Shown here: piece by piece, positions 25,432 to 38,297 of the stretch
Numbering within the stretch: the first letter of the stretch is position 1
Layout of the letters: the number at the start of each line of letters is the position of its first letter
Origin: Eledone cirrhosa
Taxonomy: Eukaryota
DNA: 64,000 nt
Reading direction: 5' to 3'
NCBI GenBank assembly: GCA_964016885.1
Contig: OZ024756.1
Coordinates: 15,066,001-15,130,000, forward strand
Translations under genes and position numbers: made by a program
Notes under the pieces: model-generated
The model's input: only the letters and a program-made list of their open reading frames with translations
Databases searched by the model: none
Told to the model about the DNA's origin: nothing

Positions 25432-25656
25432 CTACAACAACAACAACAACAACACATGAAATAATAATAATGATAACAACACATGATATAATAATAATGA
25501 AAACATTGACAACAACAATACTATAGTAACATGTTATAGCATAATACAAGCTAACTCCGTAGAAATTTCATATTTTATTCTTATTTTAGAAACGACCATG
25601 TATTAAAAATTGATATCACATTTTAAATGCTTTATTTTGAAGTGATATATATATAT

Positions 25657-26800
25657 ATCATCATCATCATCATTTTACATCCGCTCTTCCCTGATTGCAA
25701 GGGTGGGGCGGGTCCTATTCAGCACAGCATCTCTCCACTTGTCACGGTCCTTCGTCATCTCCTCTGTGAGCTTCAGCGATCTGAGGTCTGCTCTCACCAC
25801 CTCCGCCCATGTTTTTCGTGGTCTTCCTCTACTGCGTCTTTCTTCTACTGGCAATTCCTGGCACTTCTTCACCCATCAGTCATCCTCCATGCACATCACA
25901 TGTCCATACCATCTCAGTCTTCTCTCCCGCACACTACAACTTATCCCTCTTATACACAGTTTCTCTCTCCACTCATCCATGCTTAGTTGTTCACACACAT
26001 TGACACTACACATCCAACGGAGCAACACTTGCTTCATTTCTCTCCAGCCGTCACATATCCTCTGCACTTGCTGCCCATGACTCACTACCATGCAGTATCG
26101 CGCATCTCACACAGGCATCATATAACCGGCCCTTCGTACGCAGGGAGAAACTCTTCTTTGTCAACAGAGGAAGAATCACTCTAAGCCTCCGCCAACCCGT
26201 CCTTATTCTAGATACCATGGCCTCGGAGCACCCTCCTCCCTTACTAATCTGATCACCTAGGTATCGGAAGCTATCAACCACCTCTATAGGTCCTACCTGC
26301 ATTTTAAAAATGTTTCTATCACTGCGATTACTACTGCCAACTTTCCCTGTACATCTACTGCATACATAGTTTTCCCTACCTGTTAGTTTGCCTGCTATCC
26401 CACTACATCTCTTGTGTACCCAAGATCTGCATTGTGTACATTTTATAGAATTTATGCCAGTTCCTTTTCTACATATCGAACATGGCCATTTCCCTGATGG
26501 AATCAGTTTTGTCCTCTTTTCTACTTATCAACACTTTTGTGTTAGCTAGGTTCACTCTCAGTCCTCTTGCTTCCAACTGCTGTTTCCATAGCCAGAATCT
26601 ACTCTCTAGCTCCTCCACTGATTCTACCATAAGTACCAGATCGTCAGCATAGAGAAGTTACCATGGGCAGCCAGTCCCAAACTCCTCCGTTATGGCTTGG
26701 AGGACTATAATGAACAAGAGCGGACTGAGGACCGAACCTTGATGCACTCCTACTTGTATCTGGAATTCCTCACCAAACTCAATTCCCACTCTCACTTCAC

Positions 26801-26803
<3 letters not shown>
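25657..26803 (-). mobile_element. Degenerate RTE LINE 3' portion
   Basis: Frameshifted RT end, Cys finger and tail; related to 1692-2682. Confidence 0.88.
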
Positions 26804-26855
<52 letters not shown>

Positions 26856-27228
26856 CTGCTATCTTTCTCTCTCTCTCTCACTCTTACCATCTGCCTTCCA
26901 CGGGACAGACTTTTTACACCACAGATACAACTACTTTAAAATAAATAGATAGATAATAAAACAGACTGATAGATAGATAAATAGATACATGCATGCATTC
27001 ATACATACATACAAACATATACAAACATATATATATATATATATATAAGCCATCAAAGAATTACCTGTTACTACCCAAAGAGTGTGAGAGAGAGAGAGAG
27101 AGAGAGAGAGACTGAGAGAGAGAGACTGAGAGAGAGAGAGAGAGAGACTGAGAGTGAGGGGAGAGAGATAGAGAGAGACTGAGAGAGAGGGTGGGCTATA
27201 TTAATGATATAAGCCATCAAAGAATTAC

Positions 27229-27326
27229 CTGTTACCACCCAAAGCATTTTTCAATAATTTGGTAAGAATTGATTCTCTGTATGGTACTACAATCTTCTTC
27301 TTTCCTGCTGATTGTTCTGCTAATGC
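27229..27326 (-). CDS. KIF28: KIF28-like exon (ALAEQSAGKKKIVVPYRESILTKLLKNALGGN-S)
   Basis: VPYRES.LT.LL..ALGGNS microtubule-binding motif; TTCCAG/GTAAT; 98 nt. Confidence 0.95.
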
Positions 27327-27384
27327 CTGGAATAGCAAGAATTGGGTTTAATTTGGGGGATTTGGTTAGGTTTGCTGTATTATA

Positions 27385-27586
27385 TAGGAGATTTGGCTGA
27401 AAAGTTCATAGGCTGACTATGAAGGAGTGATGCTAGAGCTGTGAAATCTTGCATGCATTAATTTCAACTCTTTTTATTAATAACTGCATTGTTTCTTTCC
27501 AGGGACTATGTTGAAAAATAAACCTCATTTGATCGGTCCATGAGAGAATCTTGGTCAGTTTATGGAGTTTTCAGCCGACCCTTGTA
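27385..27586. mobile_element. Mariner-derived MITE (degenerate)
   Basis: TTGGCTGAAAAGTTCATA ... TATGGAGTTTTCAGCCGA inverted ends in TA context. Confidence 0.55.
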
Positions 27587-28908
27587 TATTTGAGTGTGTA
27601 TGTGTGTATATTGCTGAAAGCCTCGGTGTGTCCCGAAGAAAAGAGGATTTGACTTTTGAAATTCGCATCCAAAGAAGGTTTTTTACGAAAAGAATGAAAA
27701 GAAAAAATAGAAATTAGTAATACTATCAATCAGTGTTACTGAGACAGTTTCAGCAGTTTGGCTTTTATTGATCAATTCGTACATTTCTTTCAACGCGGGC
27801 TTATTGTTTCGTCCATCCATGCCATCATCAGGAGCCATTGTTTTCACTATGAGGCAGAGAGTTGTCATCACCAATGTTTATGTGAAGATACACTAAAGTA
27901 CACAACAAGCCACTGATACCACTTCAATATACAATTCCACTGAGTAAATTTCCATAGAAACCACCTTGGGGGTGATTGACAATTCCGAGGGAAGGGCCAC
28001 AGAGAATAAGTGAACTGAGATGAGGCATGGGGAAGAGATAGTCTGACATGGAACAAAGATTTTTAAAACATTGACAGAAAGGCTTTCTATGGTGAAAATT
28101 GCCCAGCAATGATGGGCTACTCTGCTAGTATGCTATATATGGATATATATGTTAAACAAGTAAAATTCCATTATAACGAAATTTTTTTCAATCTATGAGC
28201 AATCTACGAACACCTGGTTGATCTTGTTATAAAGAAATTTTCGTGACAACGAAATTTTTTTATACCCCATGAATTTCGGTATAACGAAATTTCACTGTAT
28301 ATATCATCGTCATCATCACCGTTTTACGTCCGTCCTTCCACGCTAGCATGGGTTAGACGGGTTGTCCTGTTGTAGGCAGTGTCCGGTCGGCTGGCCTTGT
28401 CTTGCTCATACAGGAACTGATTCTGGCTTGATTTCTACAGTTGGATGCCCTTCCTAACACCAACCTCATTTACAGTGAGTGCTGGGTGCTTTTTTCTGTG
28501 GTGCCTACACGTCCACTTTACAGTGTGGGCTGGGTGCTTTTTTGCTGTGGCATCTCCACGACCACTTTTCAGTGGAATTATAGGGACCCCAGTCCCTATC
28601 ATCTCATTTCTACAGCTGAGTAAACTGGAGCAATGTGAAATAAAGTATCTTGCTCAAGGAAACAACACATCACCCGGTCCGAGAATTGAACTCACAACCT
28701 TTCGATGCTCTAACCACCAAGCCATGCCCCTTCACATATATATATATATATATATATATAGTGGTGGTAGCAGTAGTTATGGTTGGAGGGGACAGCAACG
28801 ATGTTGGTGACAGACAAACCAATAGTGGAACTGTATTAACTTTAGACTAAATTGCAGAAGATGTTTCAAAGACAGAACCAATTCCGTGGTTCTGTCATCA
28901 ATACATAC

Positions 28909-29006
28909 TGATATGACATTGCCAAGAACTGAGAGAGATCTGTTGATGTTGGCACCTTCACGCAGTCGATCACCTGTGGCCCCTGTACTATCAGCTCGTT
29001 CAGAAC
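28909..29006 (-). CDS. KIF28: KIF28-like exon ([33 protein letters not shown])
   Basis: Switch II and relay helix; TCAG/GTATGT; 98 nt. Confidence 0.96.
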
Positions 29007-29041
29007 CTGACAAAAGAAACAGACAGTATAGTATGTGTGAG

Positions 29042-29074
<33 letters not shown>

Positions 29075-29172
29075 TATATAATATTGTAAATATACTCCAA
29101 ATATTTGTCGAGTGCTTTTATATCAGTTATAAATATTTACTAGTTGTAACCCAACAATTTTAAATATAACTT

Positions 29173-29350
<178 letters not shown>

Positions 29351-30726
29351 AATATAGTAGAATAATCGAATATCGAAAAATCGGCGCACGAGTTCACGAT
29401 AAACAAAATTCGATATGAGTGGCAGAGGGCTCAATAATTCAGATAAATCAGAGCTATAACTATCGTTAAAATACCAACACACATAGATCATGTCTAAAAT
29501 CAACCATACGACCGAAAAATTACGATCTGGAAGATTCGGGTCACTCAGATAAAATATCAATAAATCAATAAATCATATGAATGTAAAAAGCTTACCCGGA
29601 CCCGCTAGAAAGATGGTAAATCTAGCTTCTTGGGTTTCTGTAAATCCTTAAATCGTCCACTATCAGCCCACATAAAAATATATAAGACTTCTAGGGAGCA
29701 TAGCTTTATACAATATGTATAGAAATTTCGTATCTCCAAAGAAATACGATTTTACGAAGCCGTAGCTATGCAAACACTGAGGGGGGGGGGGGGACTAACG
29801 CCCTCTGTTGATGTCCAGCAGAATCAAGGGGGACAACTGTCTATGCATTTCAGGCTTAACTGGCCTTCATTAGAGCGATCCCTCCCACCAGTTAAGCCTG
29901 AAATGCATAGACGGTTGTCCTCCTTGCTTCTGCTGGACATTCTAGAAGGCAGCTTAAAGACATCAACCAGGAATATGAGATTAGCTGGTCGAAGTTATCA
30001 AGTGCAAGGGCCTATAGGAATGGGATGTCCCATTGCGGACTATGCAATATGGAGCTGCTCCATATTTTAAAGTTCAGATTATTTATTTATTAAAGTGTCG
30101 CTGTCGAATAGTATGCAAAGTGCTTCGGCCAAGCACAAGTTACAGGGGCATCCCCCTCCTGTGTAGGGTAGGGCTTTGGTGGTGATAGTCCAGTGTAGTA
30201 GATAGGGCATTCCATTTTCACATAGCTGCAGTGGCTGGAGAGGCTTGCTGTATGCTTCTGCTCTGGGTGAATCGGGATTTGAAGGTATTAGTCATCATAC
30301 CTATTTATGCTGGTGGTGATCTCGCATTTGTATACAACATTGGTAGTTAGGCATTTGGAGTCCAGAGGGCACTCCATATATATATATAATCAATTTAAAC
30401 ATCAGTATAGAGCTAGTAAGCCATAACAGACTAGGGGAAATATCTAGTACTTCTGACAGTTGAGAAACAAAAAAGATATACAGAGATAAGTGAATATAAT
30501 ATAAAATAAAATTAAATAATTAATTTAAATAGAGAAGGCCAACTGTAGGCAAAATAAGCATTAAGGAAGATAACGGGAAAATGGGAACAAGGGAAGCTGT
30601 TAAGCAGCTAGAATGTTCTGTTGTTGAAGCTTTTCGTAACCTCCATCGTGGAGGTTATGAAAAGCTACATGGAGGCTCCATGTAGTCAAAGATTTTGTTT
30701 ATAGTTGGTACAACTTTTACAACATA

Positions 30727-33700
30727 TTGTATCTACAGTATATGTACATATGTACCTACAGTATATATACATATGTACCTACAGTATATATACATATGTA
30801 TCTACAGTATATATACATATGTATCTACAGTATATATACATATGTATCTACAGTATATATACATATGTACCTACAGTATATATACATATGTATCTACAGT
30901 ATATGTACATATGTATCTACAGTATATGTACATATGTATCTACAGTATATGTACATATGTACCTACAGTATATATACATATGTATCTACAGTATATATAC
31001 ATATGTATCTACAGTATATATACATATGTATCTACAGTATATGTACATATGTACCTACAGTATATATACATATGTATCTACAGTATATATACATATGTAT
31101 CTACAGTATATATACATATGTACCTACAGTATATATACATATGTACCTACAGTATATATACATATGTATCTACAGTATATGTACATATGTATCTACAGTA
31201 TATATACATATGTATCTACAGTATATATACATATGTATCTACAGTATATATACATATGTATCTACAGTATATATACATATGTATCTACAGTATATATACA
31301 TATGTATCTACAGTATATGTACATATGTATCTACAGTATATATACATATGTATCTACAGTATATATACATATGTATCTACAGTATATATACATATGTACC
31401 TACAGTATATATACATATGTACCTACAGTATATGTACATATGTATCTACAGTATATATACATATGTACCTACAGTATATATACATATGTACCTACAGTAT
31501 ATATACATATGTACCTACAGTATATATACATATGTACCTACAGTATATATACATATGTATCTACAGTATATGTACATATGTATCTACAGTATATGTACAT
31601 ATGTACCTACAGTATATATACATATGTATCTACAGTATATATACATATGTATCTACAGTATATATGCATATGTATCTACGGTATATATACATATGTATCT
31701 ACAGTATATATACATATGTATCTGCAGTATATATACATATGTATCTACAGTATATATACATATGTATCTACAGTATATATACATATGTATCTACAGTATA
31801 TATACATATGTATCTACAGTATATATACATATGTATCTACAGTATATATACATATGTACCTACAGTATATATACATATGTATCTGCAGTATATATACATA
31901 TGTACCTACAGTATATATACATATGTATCTACAGTATATATACATATGTATCTACAGTATATATACATATATATCTACAGTATATATACATATATATCTA
32001 CAGTATATATACATATGTATCTACAGTATATATACATATGTACCTACAGTATATATACATATGTACCTACAGTATATATACATATGTATCTACAGTATAT
32101 ATACATATGTATCTACAGTATATATACATATGTATCTACAGTATATATACATATGTATCTACAGTATATATACATATGTATCTACAGTATATATACATAT
32201 GTACCTACAGTATATATACATATGTATCTACAGTATATGTACATATGTATCTACAGTATATATACATATGTATCTACAGTATATGTACATATGTATCTAC
32301 AGTATATATACATATGTATCTACAGTATATGTACATATGTATCTACAGTATATGTACATATGTATCTACAGTATATGTACATATGTACCTACAGTATATA
32401 TACATATGTACCTACAGTATATATACATATGTATCTACAGTATATATACATATGTACCTACAGTATATATACATATGTATCTGCAGTATATATACATATG
32501 TATCTGCAGTATATATACATATGTATCTACAGTATATGTACATATGTATCTACAGTATATATACATATGTATCTACAGTATATATACATATGTATCTACA
32601 GTATATATACATATGTATCTACAGTATATATACATATGTATCTACAGTATATATACATATGTACCTACAGTATATATACATATGTATCTACAGTATATGT
32701 ACATATGTATCTACAGTATATGTACATATGTATCTACAGTATATATACATATGTATCTACAGTATATATACATATGTATCTGCAGTATATATACATATGT
32801 ACCTACAGTATATATACATATGTATCTACAGTATATATACATATGTACCTACAGTATATGTACATATGTATCTACAGTATATGTACATATGTATCTACAG
32901 TATGTACCTACAGTATATATACATATGTACCTACAGTATATATACATATGTACCTACAGTATATATACATATGTACCTACAGTATATATACATATGTATC
33001 TACAGTATATATACATATGTATCTACAGTATATATACATATGTATCTACAGTATATATACATATGTATCTACAGTATATATACATATGTACCTACAGTAT
33101 ATATACATATGTACCTACAGTATATATACATATGTACCTACAGTATATATACATATGTATCTACAGTATATATACATATGTACCTACAGTATATATACAT
33201 ATGTACCTACAGTATATATACATATGTATCTACAGTATATATACATATGTATATACAGTATATATACATATGTATCTACAGTATATATACATATGTATCT
33301 ACAGTATATATACATATGTATCTACAGTATATATACATATGTATCTACAGTATATATACATATGTATCTACAGTATATATACATATGTACCTACAGTATA
33401 TATACATATGTACCTACAGTATATATACATATGTACCTACAGTATATATACATATGTATCTACAGTATATGTACATATGTATCTACAGTATATATACATA
33501 TGTATCTACAGTATATATACATATGTATCTACAGTATATATACATATGTACCTACAGTATATATACATATGTATCTACAGTATATATACATATGTATCTA
33601 CAGTATATATACATATGTATCTACAGTATATGTACATATATATCTACAGTATATATACATATGTATCTACAGTATATATACATATGTACCTACAGTATAT

Positions 33701-33805
33701 ATACATATGTATCTACAGTATATATACATATGTATCTACAGTATATATACATATGTACCTACAGTATATATACATATGTATCTACAGTATATATACATAT
33801 GTATA
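30727..33805. repeat. 23-bp satellite (tatctacagtatatatacatatg), about 134 copies
   Basis: Period 23 (acag at 30781 and 30804); explains the spurious 1000-aa ORFs. Confidence 0.97.
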
Positions 33806-34176
33806 CTCAGTGAAACCTCAGTTCATGAACTTAATTCATTCCGGAAGGCCGTTCATCACCAGAAATATTTGTAAACCAAAACTATTTTTCCCATACGAAA
33901 TATTGAGATAGAAATACAGTGAGAGAGAGACAGATAGGTATCACCATAGTAACTAACTACACAGCAAGTGATGATTTCCTGCCAATACTCCCAGCTTGTC
34001 GCCAGCTATTGTTGCCAGCTTGCACGTTTCTTACTCGAAACAGTTTGTCAACTGAGATGTTTTATGTTCAGAAAAATTGTTTTTGATAAAAGAGAGAGAG
34101 AGTAGAAAGATAATTCGATAGACAGATATAAAGGGACGTAGAGACAAACAGACAGGTAAAAAGGAAACATATTTAC

Positions 34177-34329
34177 CTGCTAAGTCAACAAGATTTATTT
34201 CACTTGTTTTGCGTGTTTCAGTGCCATCCTCTGCAGCCACGATCTGGTCAAATATGATAGTGACTACTGTATGAGCCCTGGAACTTGTAGCATTCATATT
34301 TGTAGAAGCCACTGTACGGTTTGCTGTAC
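34177..34329 (-). CDS. KIF28: KIF28-like exon with switch I (NATSSRAH) and start of switch II (LVDLAG)
   Basis: TANRTVASTNMNATSSRAHTVVTI...INLVDLA-G; GGTAG/GTAAA; 153 nt. Confidence 0.96.
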
Positions 34330-35254
34330 CTACCATCAATAATAAGACACAGTGGTTATCAAATGAAACAACTGTTTTAAAGGCAATATATTTGTTATGC
34401 CAAAGCATGGAGTCTTTATAGAGGCAATCTTTGTCAGATAAATGGTCTACATGGCACCAACATTTTTAGTTGCTTCTTACAATTTCACATGTGTGTGTGT
34501 GTGTGTGGGTGTGGGTGTGTATGGGTCACTACAAAAGCACCCTGTCCAACCTGTAAAGGGGTCATGATGGCGAAAAAGTGGCCGCTTTGGTGCCAAGTGC
34601 GTAGTCCACATTGTGGTTGGTGTTAGGGAGGATATCTAGCCATAGAAACTAAACTAAAAACAGTTTCTGTATGAGCAAGACATGGTCATCTGACCTGGCT
34701 TATCTCACAAGAGGACAACTCGTCTAACCCATGCTAGCATGGAAAAATGGACATTAAACAGTGATGATGATGATATATATTTAGAACTACTAGCAGAAAA
34801 ACCACCCGTAAACTAAATACATGTAGTAGTTCTGCATATTGATATAATATGCAAATATAAATGCATGTAGATATATGTCAAATAAAATCGTAATTGACAA
34901 TATGCACAGAAATTGAAGACAGACTGTGTTACACTGTCTTATGTAATCAGTAAAGTAATCCATGATACATTTAAAAAAGACGATATTGTATATAAACTGC
35001 ATTACGGCGAAATGTAATGAAAACGAAAAAGGAGAAAATTAGCAACGGAAATATAAACGTTATGATTTAACGATGTAAATATATGAACGGTTATATAAAC
35101 GATATGTGGTATAGCGTCCGTTATATCATAACCGGAAGTATTGACATTTGAAAATTTTAAAAGAAGTGAATCTTAAAATAAGCAATCGTTATATATAAGA
35201 ATATTTATGTTTAATCAACAGCTACGAAATTTAGTACATAAATTATATAATATT

Positions 35255-36466
35255 AAACGGAAAAAATGAAACGAAATTTCATTTCTCACTCTTAGTACGG
35301 CTGTTACTTAAATATAAGTATGTATACGTACATGCATATATGTATACAGACGTACAGTAGTATGTATATATATATATACATACATGCACACATATATATA
35401 TATGTACGTATGGATTCACCGAACATTTATTATAATGCTCGGTGTGTTTGTAAACAAACATCCCGAATTAAGCCGTACAGTGTCCAGCAACCATCGTTGC
35501 TCATTTGTTCAACACTGACAAAGGAACGCTGTACTAGTTTCAAGCTTATTAGCTATCGTCAGCAACGTATATCTTCCTGCCAGATGATTGAACATCTGAA
35601 AGTATATACTTTCCTTATGCATATTAACGGCTGAGCAGCCTAATTTGCATATCAAGTGAGTTAATCGGCCGGGTGCACCGAAAACGATAAACGGAAAAAA
35701 TGAAACGAAATTTCATTTCTCACTCTTAGTACGGCTGTTACTTAAATATAAGTATGTACACGTACATACATATATGTATACAGACGTACAGTTGTATGTA
35801 TATATATATATACATACATGCACACATATATATATGTACGTATGGATTCACCGAACATTTATTATAATGATGGTTGCTGGACACTGTACGGCTTAATTCG
35901 GGATGCTTGTTTACAAACACACCGAGCATTATAATAAATGTTCGGTGAATCCATACATACATATATATATGTGTGCATGTATGTATATATATATATATAC
36001 ATACTACTGTACGTCGGTATACATATATGTATGTACGTGTACTTACTTATATTTAAGTAACAGCCGTACTAAGAGTGAGAAATGAAATTTCGTTTCACTT
36101 TTTCCGTTTATCGTTTTCGGTGCACCCGGCCGATTAACCCACTCGATATGCAAATTAAGCTGCTCAGCCGTTAATATGCATAAGGAAAGTAAATACCTGG
36201 CAGGAAGGTATACATTGCTGACGATAGCTAATAAGCTTGAAACTAGTACAGCGTTCCTTTATCAGTGTTGAACAAATGAGCAACGATGGTTGCTGGACAC
36301 TACGGCTTAATACGGGATGTTTGTTTACAAACACATCGAGCATTATAATAAATGTTCGGTGAATCCATACGTACATATATATATGTGTGCATGTATGTAT
36401 ATATATATATACATACTACTGTACGTCTGTATACATATATGTATGTACGTGTACATACTTATATTT
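35255..36466. repeat. About 433-bp unit duplicated directly and then inverted (large foldback)
   Basis: The unit starting at 35255 restarts at 35688; 35869-36466 is the reverse complement of the same unit. Confidence 0.88.
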
Positions 36467-36847
36467 ATGTAATATTAATTCATTATTTATTCAAAGTAAT
36501 CCAACTTATTTTACTAACGGGATAAAAAACAATATATTCAGGACACAGTCCAGCACTCCTCCCTTTATTATATTATGATTGAGCAATAGGAAATTTGAAT
36601 TTGTAACTCAGAAGCATCAAAGTTGTTTAACTATGAAAATTAGACTCAGTTGGGTGTATAAAGCCTGGAGACAGAAATACATTTGTAGAGCAGCACTTTA
36701 CAGGTTGCTTTTCATCATATCACCTATATGACCAGTGTACAGCATGGACTGTATACTTTTTGTCATGACACCAACACGACCACCTCGTAGGGTGAATTGG
36801 GTGCTCTTTTCTCTTGTCACTAACATGAGCACCTTACTTATATATAA

Positions 36848-37065
36848 AAGAACGATCGACTTTCGTCAAATCGGACCGAGGGAACAATATTTCCGTTGGT
36901 CTTTCCAATTGCAAATACTATCTATCGGTCGCAACTCCAGGTAGAAGGAGCAACGTGAAATAAAGTGTCTTGCTCAAGGACATAACGCATCGCCTGGTCC
37001 AGGAATCGAACTCACAACCTTACGATTGCGAATCCAATTCTCTAACCACTCAGCCACACGCCTTC
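36848..37065 (-). mobile_element. Second CORE-type SINE variant with a different tail
   Basis: tRNA-like head plus partial core; near-identical copy at 51308-51525; another variant at about 46490-46820. Confidence 0.7.
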
Positions 37066-37072
37066 GCTTTAC

Positions 37073-37107
<35 letters not shown>

Positions 37108-37293
37108 TACACACACACATATATATGCATACTCACACAAACACACAAATATATATATGTATATATCATCATCATAGTTTAACGTCCATATTCCATGGTA
37201 GCATAGGTGGATATGTGTGTGTGTGTGTATAAATATATATATATTATAAAATAACAGGACGCTGGACTGGTGTAATTCCTTAAAAGGTTTATT

Positions 37294-37351
37294 ATACTAT
37301 GATCATTTCAATGACCGGGTTCAGTATGAATCCGGTGACATCATCAGGTAT
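37294..37351 (-). ncRNA. Minimal hammerhead ribozyme motif
   Basis: ATAC-CTGATGA-TGTCACCGGATTCA-TAC-TGAACCCGGTCATT-GAAA-TGATCA-TA-GTAT. Confidence 0.65.
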
Positions 37352-37579
37352 TCGAAATATAACAAAAGAATATAATAGACAAACTCCATGGGGCCGAAAG
37401 AGACATGAGGGCGGGCGAACATTTAGCAGCTTCTACCCCGGTCGGCCGCCCTCGATATATATATATTTATATATATATATATATATATATAACTCGGATA
37501 TTGCGTTTCGCTTTGTTTTCGCCCACAGCCGAAATTCGATCTCGCTGAAATTATATTTGTGTGTATATATATATATATA

Positions 37580-38297
37580 TTCTCCCTCAAAATGAAAGGC
37601 AGACTGTATGATGCGTGTATCCGAACAGCAATGTTACATGGTAGTGAGACCTGGGCGCTGAAGGTGGAAGACTTACGTAGATTAGAGAGAAACGAAGCCT
37701 GCATGCTCCGATGGATGTGTAATAGTAATATACGCGAACGACAAAGCATAAATGAACTGAGAGAGAGACTGAGCATAAGAGGAATCAAATGCTGTGTGCA
37801 GGAGAGGCGGATGTGTTGGTATGGACATGTGATGCGTATGAAGGATGACAGCTGCATAAAAAGGTGCAAAGCACTAGAAGTCGATGGAAACCACGGGGTG
37901 GGGAGACCCAAGATGACCTGGGATGAGGTGATAAAAGCCGACCTTACCCAATTACACCTCTCAAAGGCGATGACACACGAGCTCCCATGGCTACAAGCTG
38001 AAGCATATAGACAATATGCCCCCACACCCCCCACTGCAAGGTCGTCGTGGAGGTGCCACGGCAAAAAAGCACCCAGCCCACACTGTAAAGTGGACGTGTA
38101 GGCGCCACGAAAAAGCACCCAGCACTCACTGTAAATGAGGTTGGTGTTAGGAAGGGCATCCAGCTGTAGAAATCAAGCCACATCAGTTCCTGTATGAACA
38201 AAGCATGGTCAGCCGACCAGACACTGCCCACAACAGGACAACCCGTCTAACCCATGCTAGCATGGAAGAACGAACGTAAAACGGTGATGATGATGAT
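37580..38297 (+). mobile_element. RTE LINE 3' end with full 3'UTR
   Basis: ORF end followed by a UTR shared with SINE family A; related shorter copy at 54470-55041. Confidence 0.85.

Noticed and set aside
30695-33911. Three ORFs of more than 1000 aa
   Set aside because: Translation of a 23-bp satellite.
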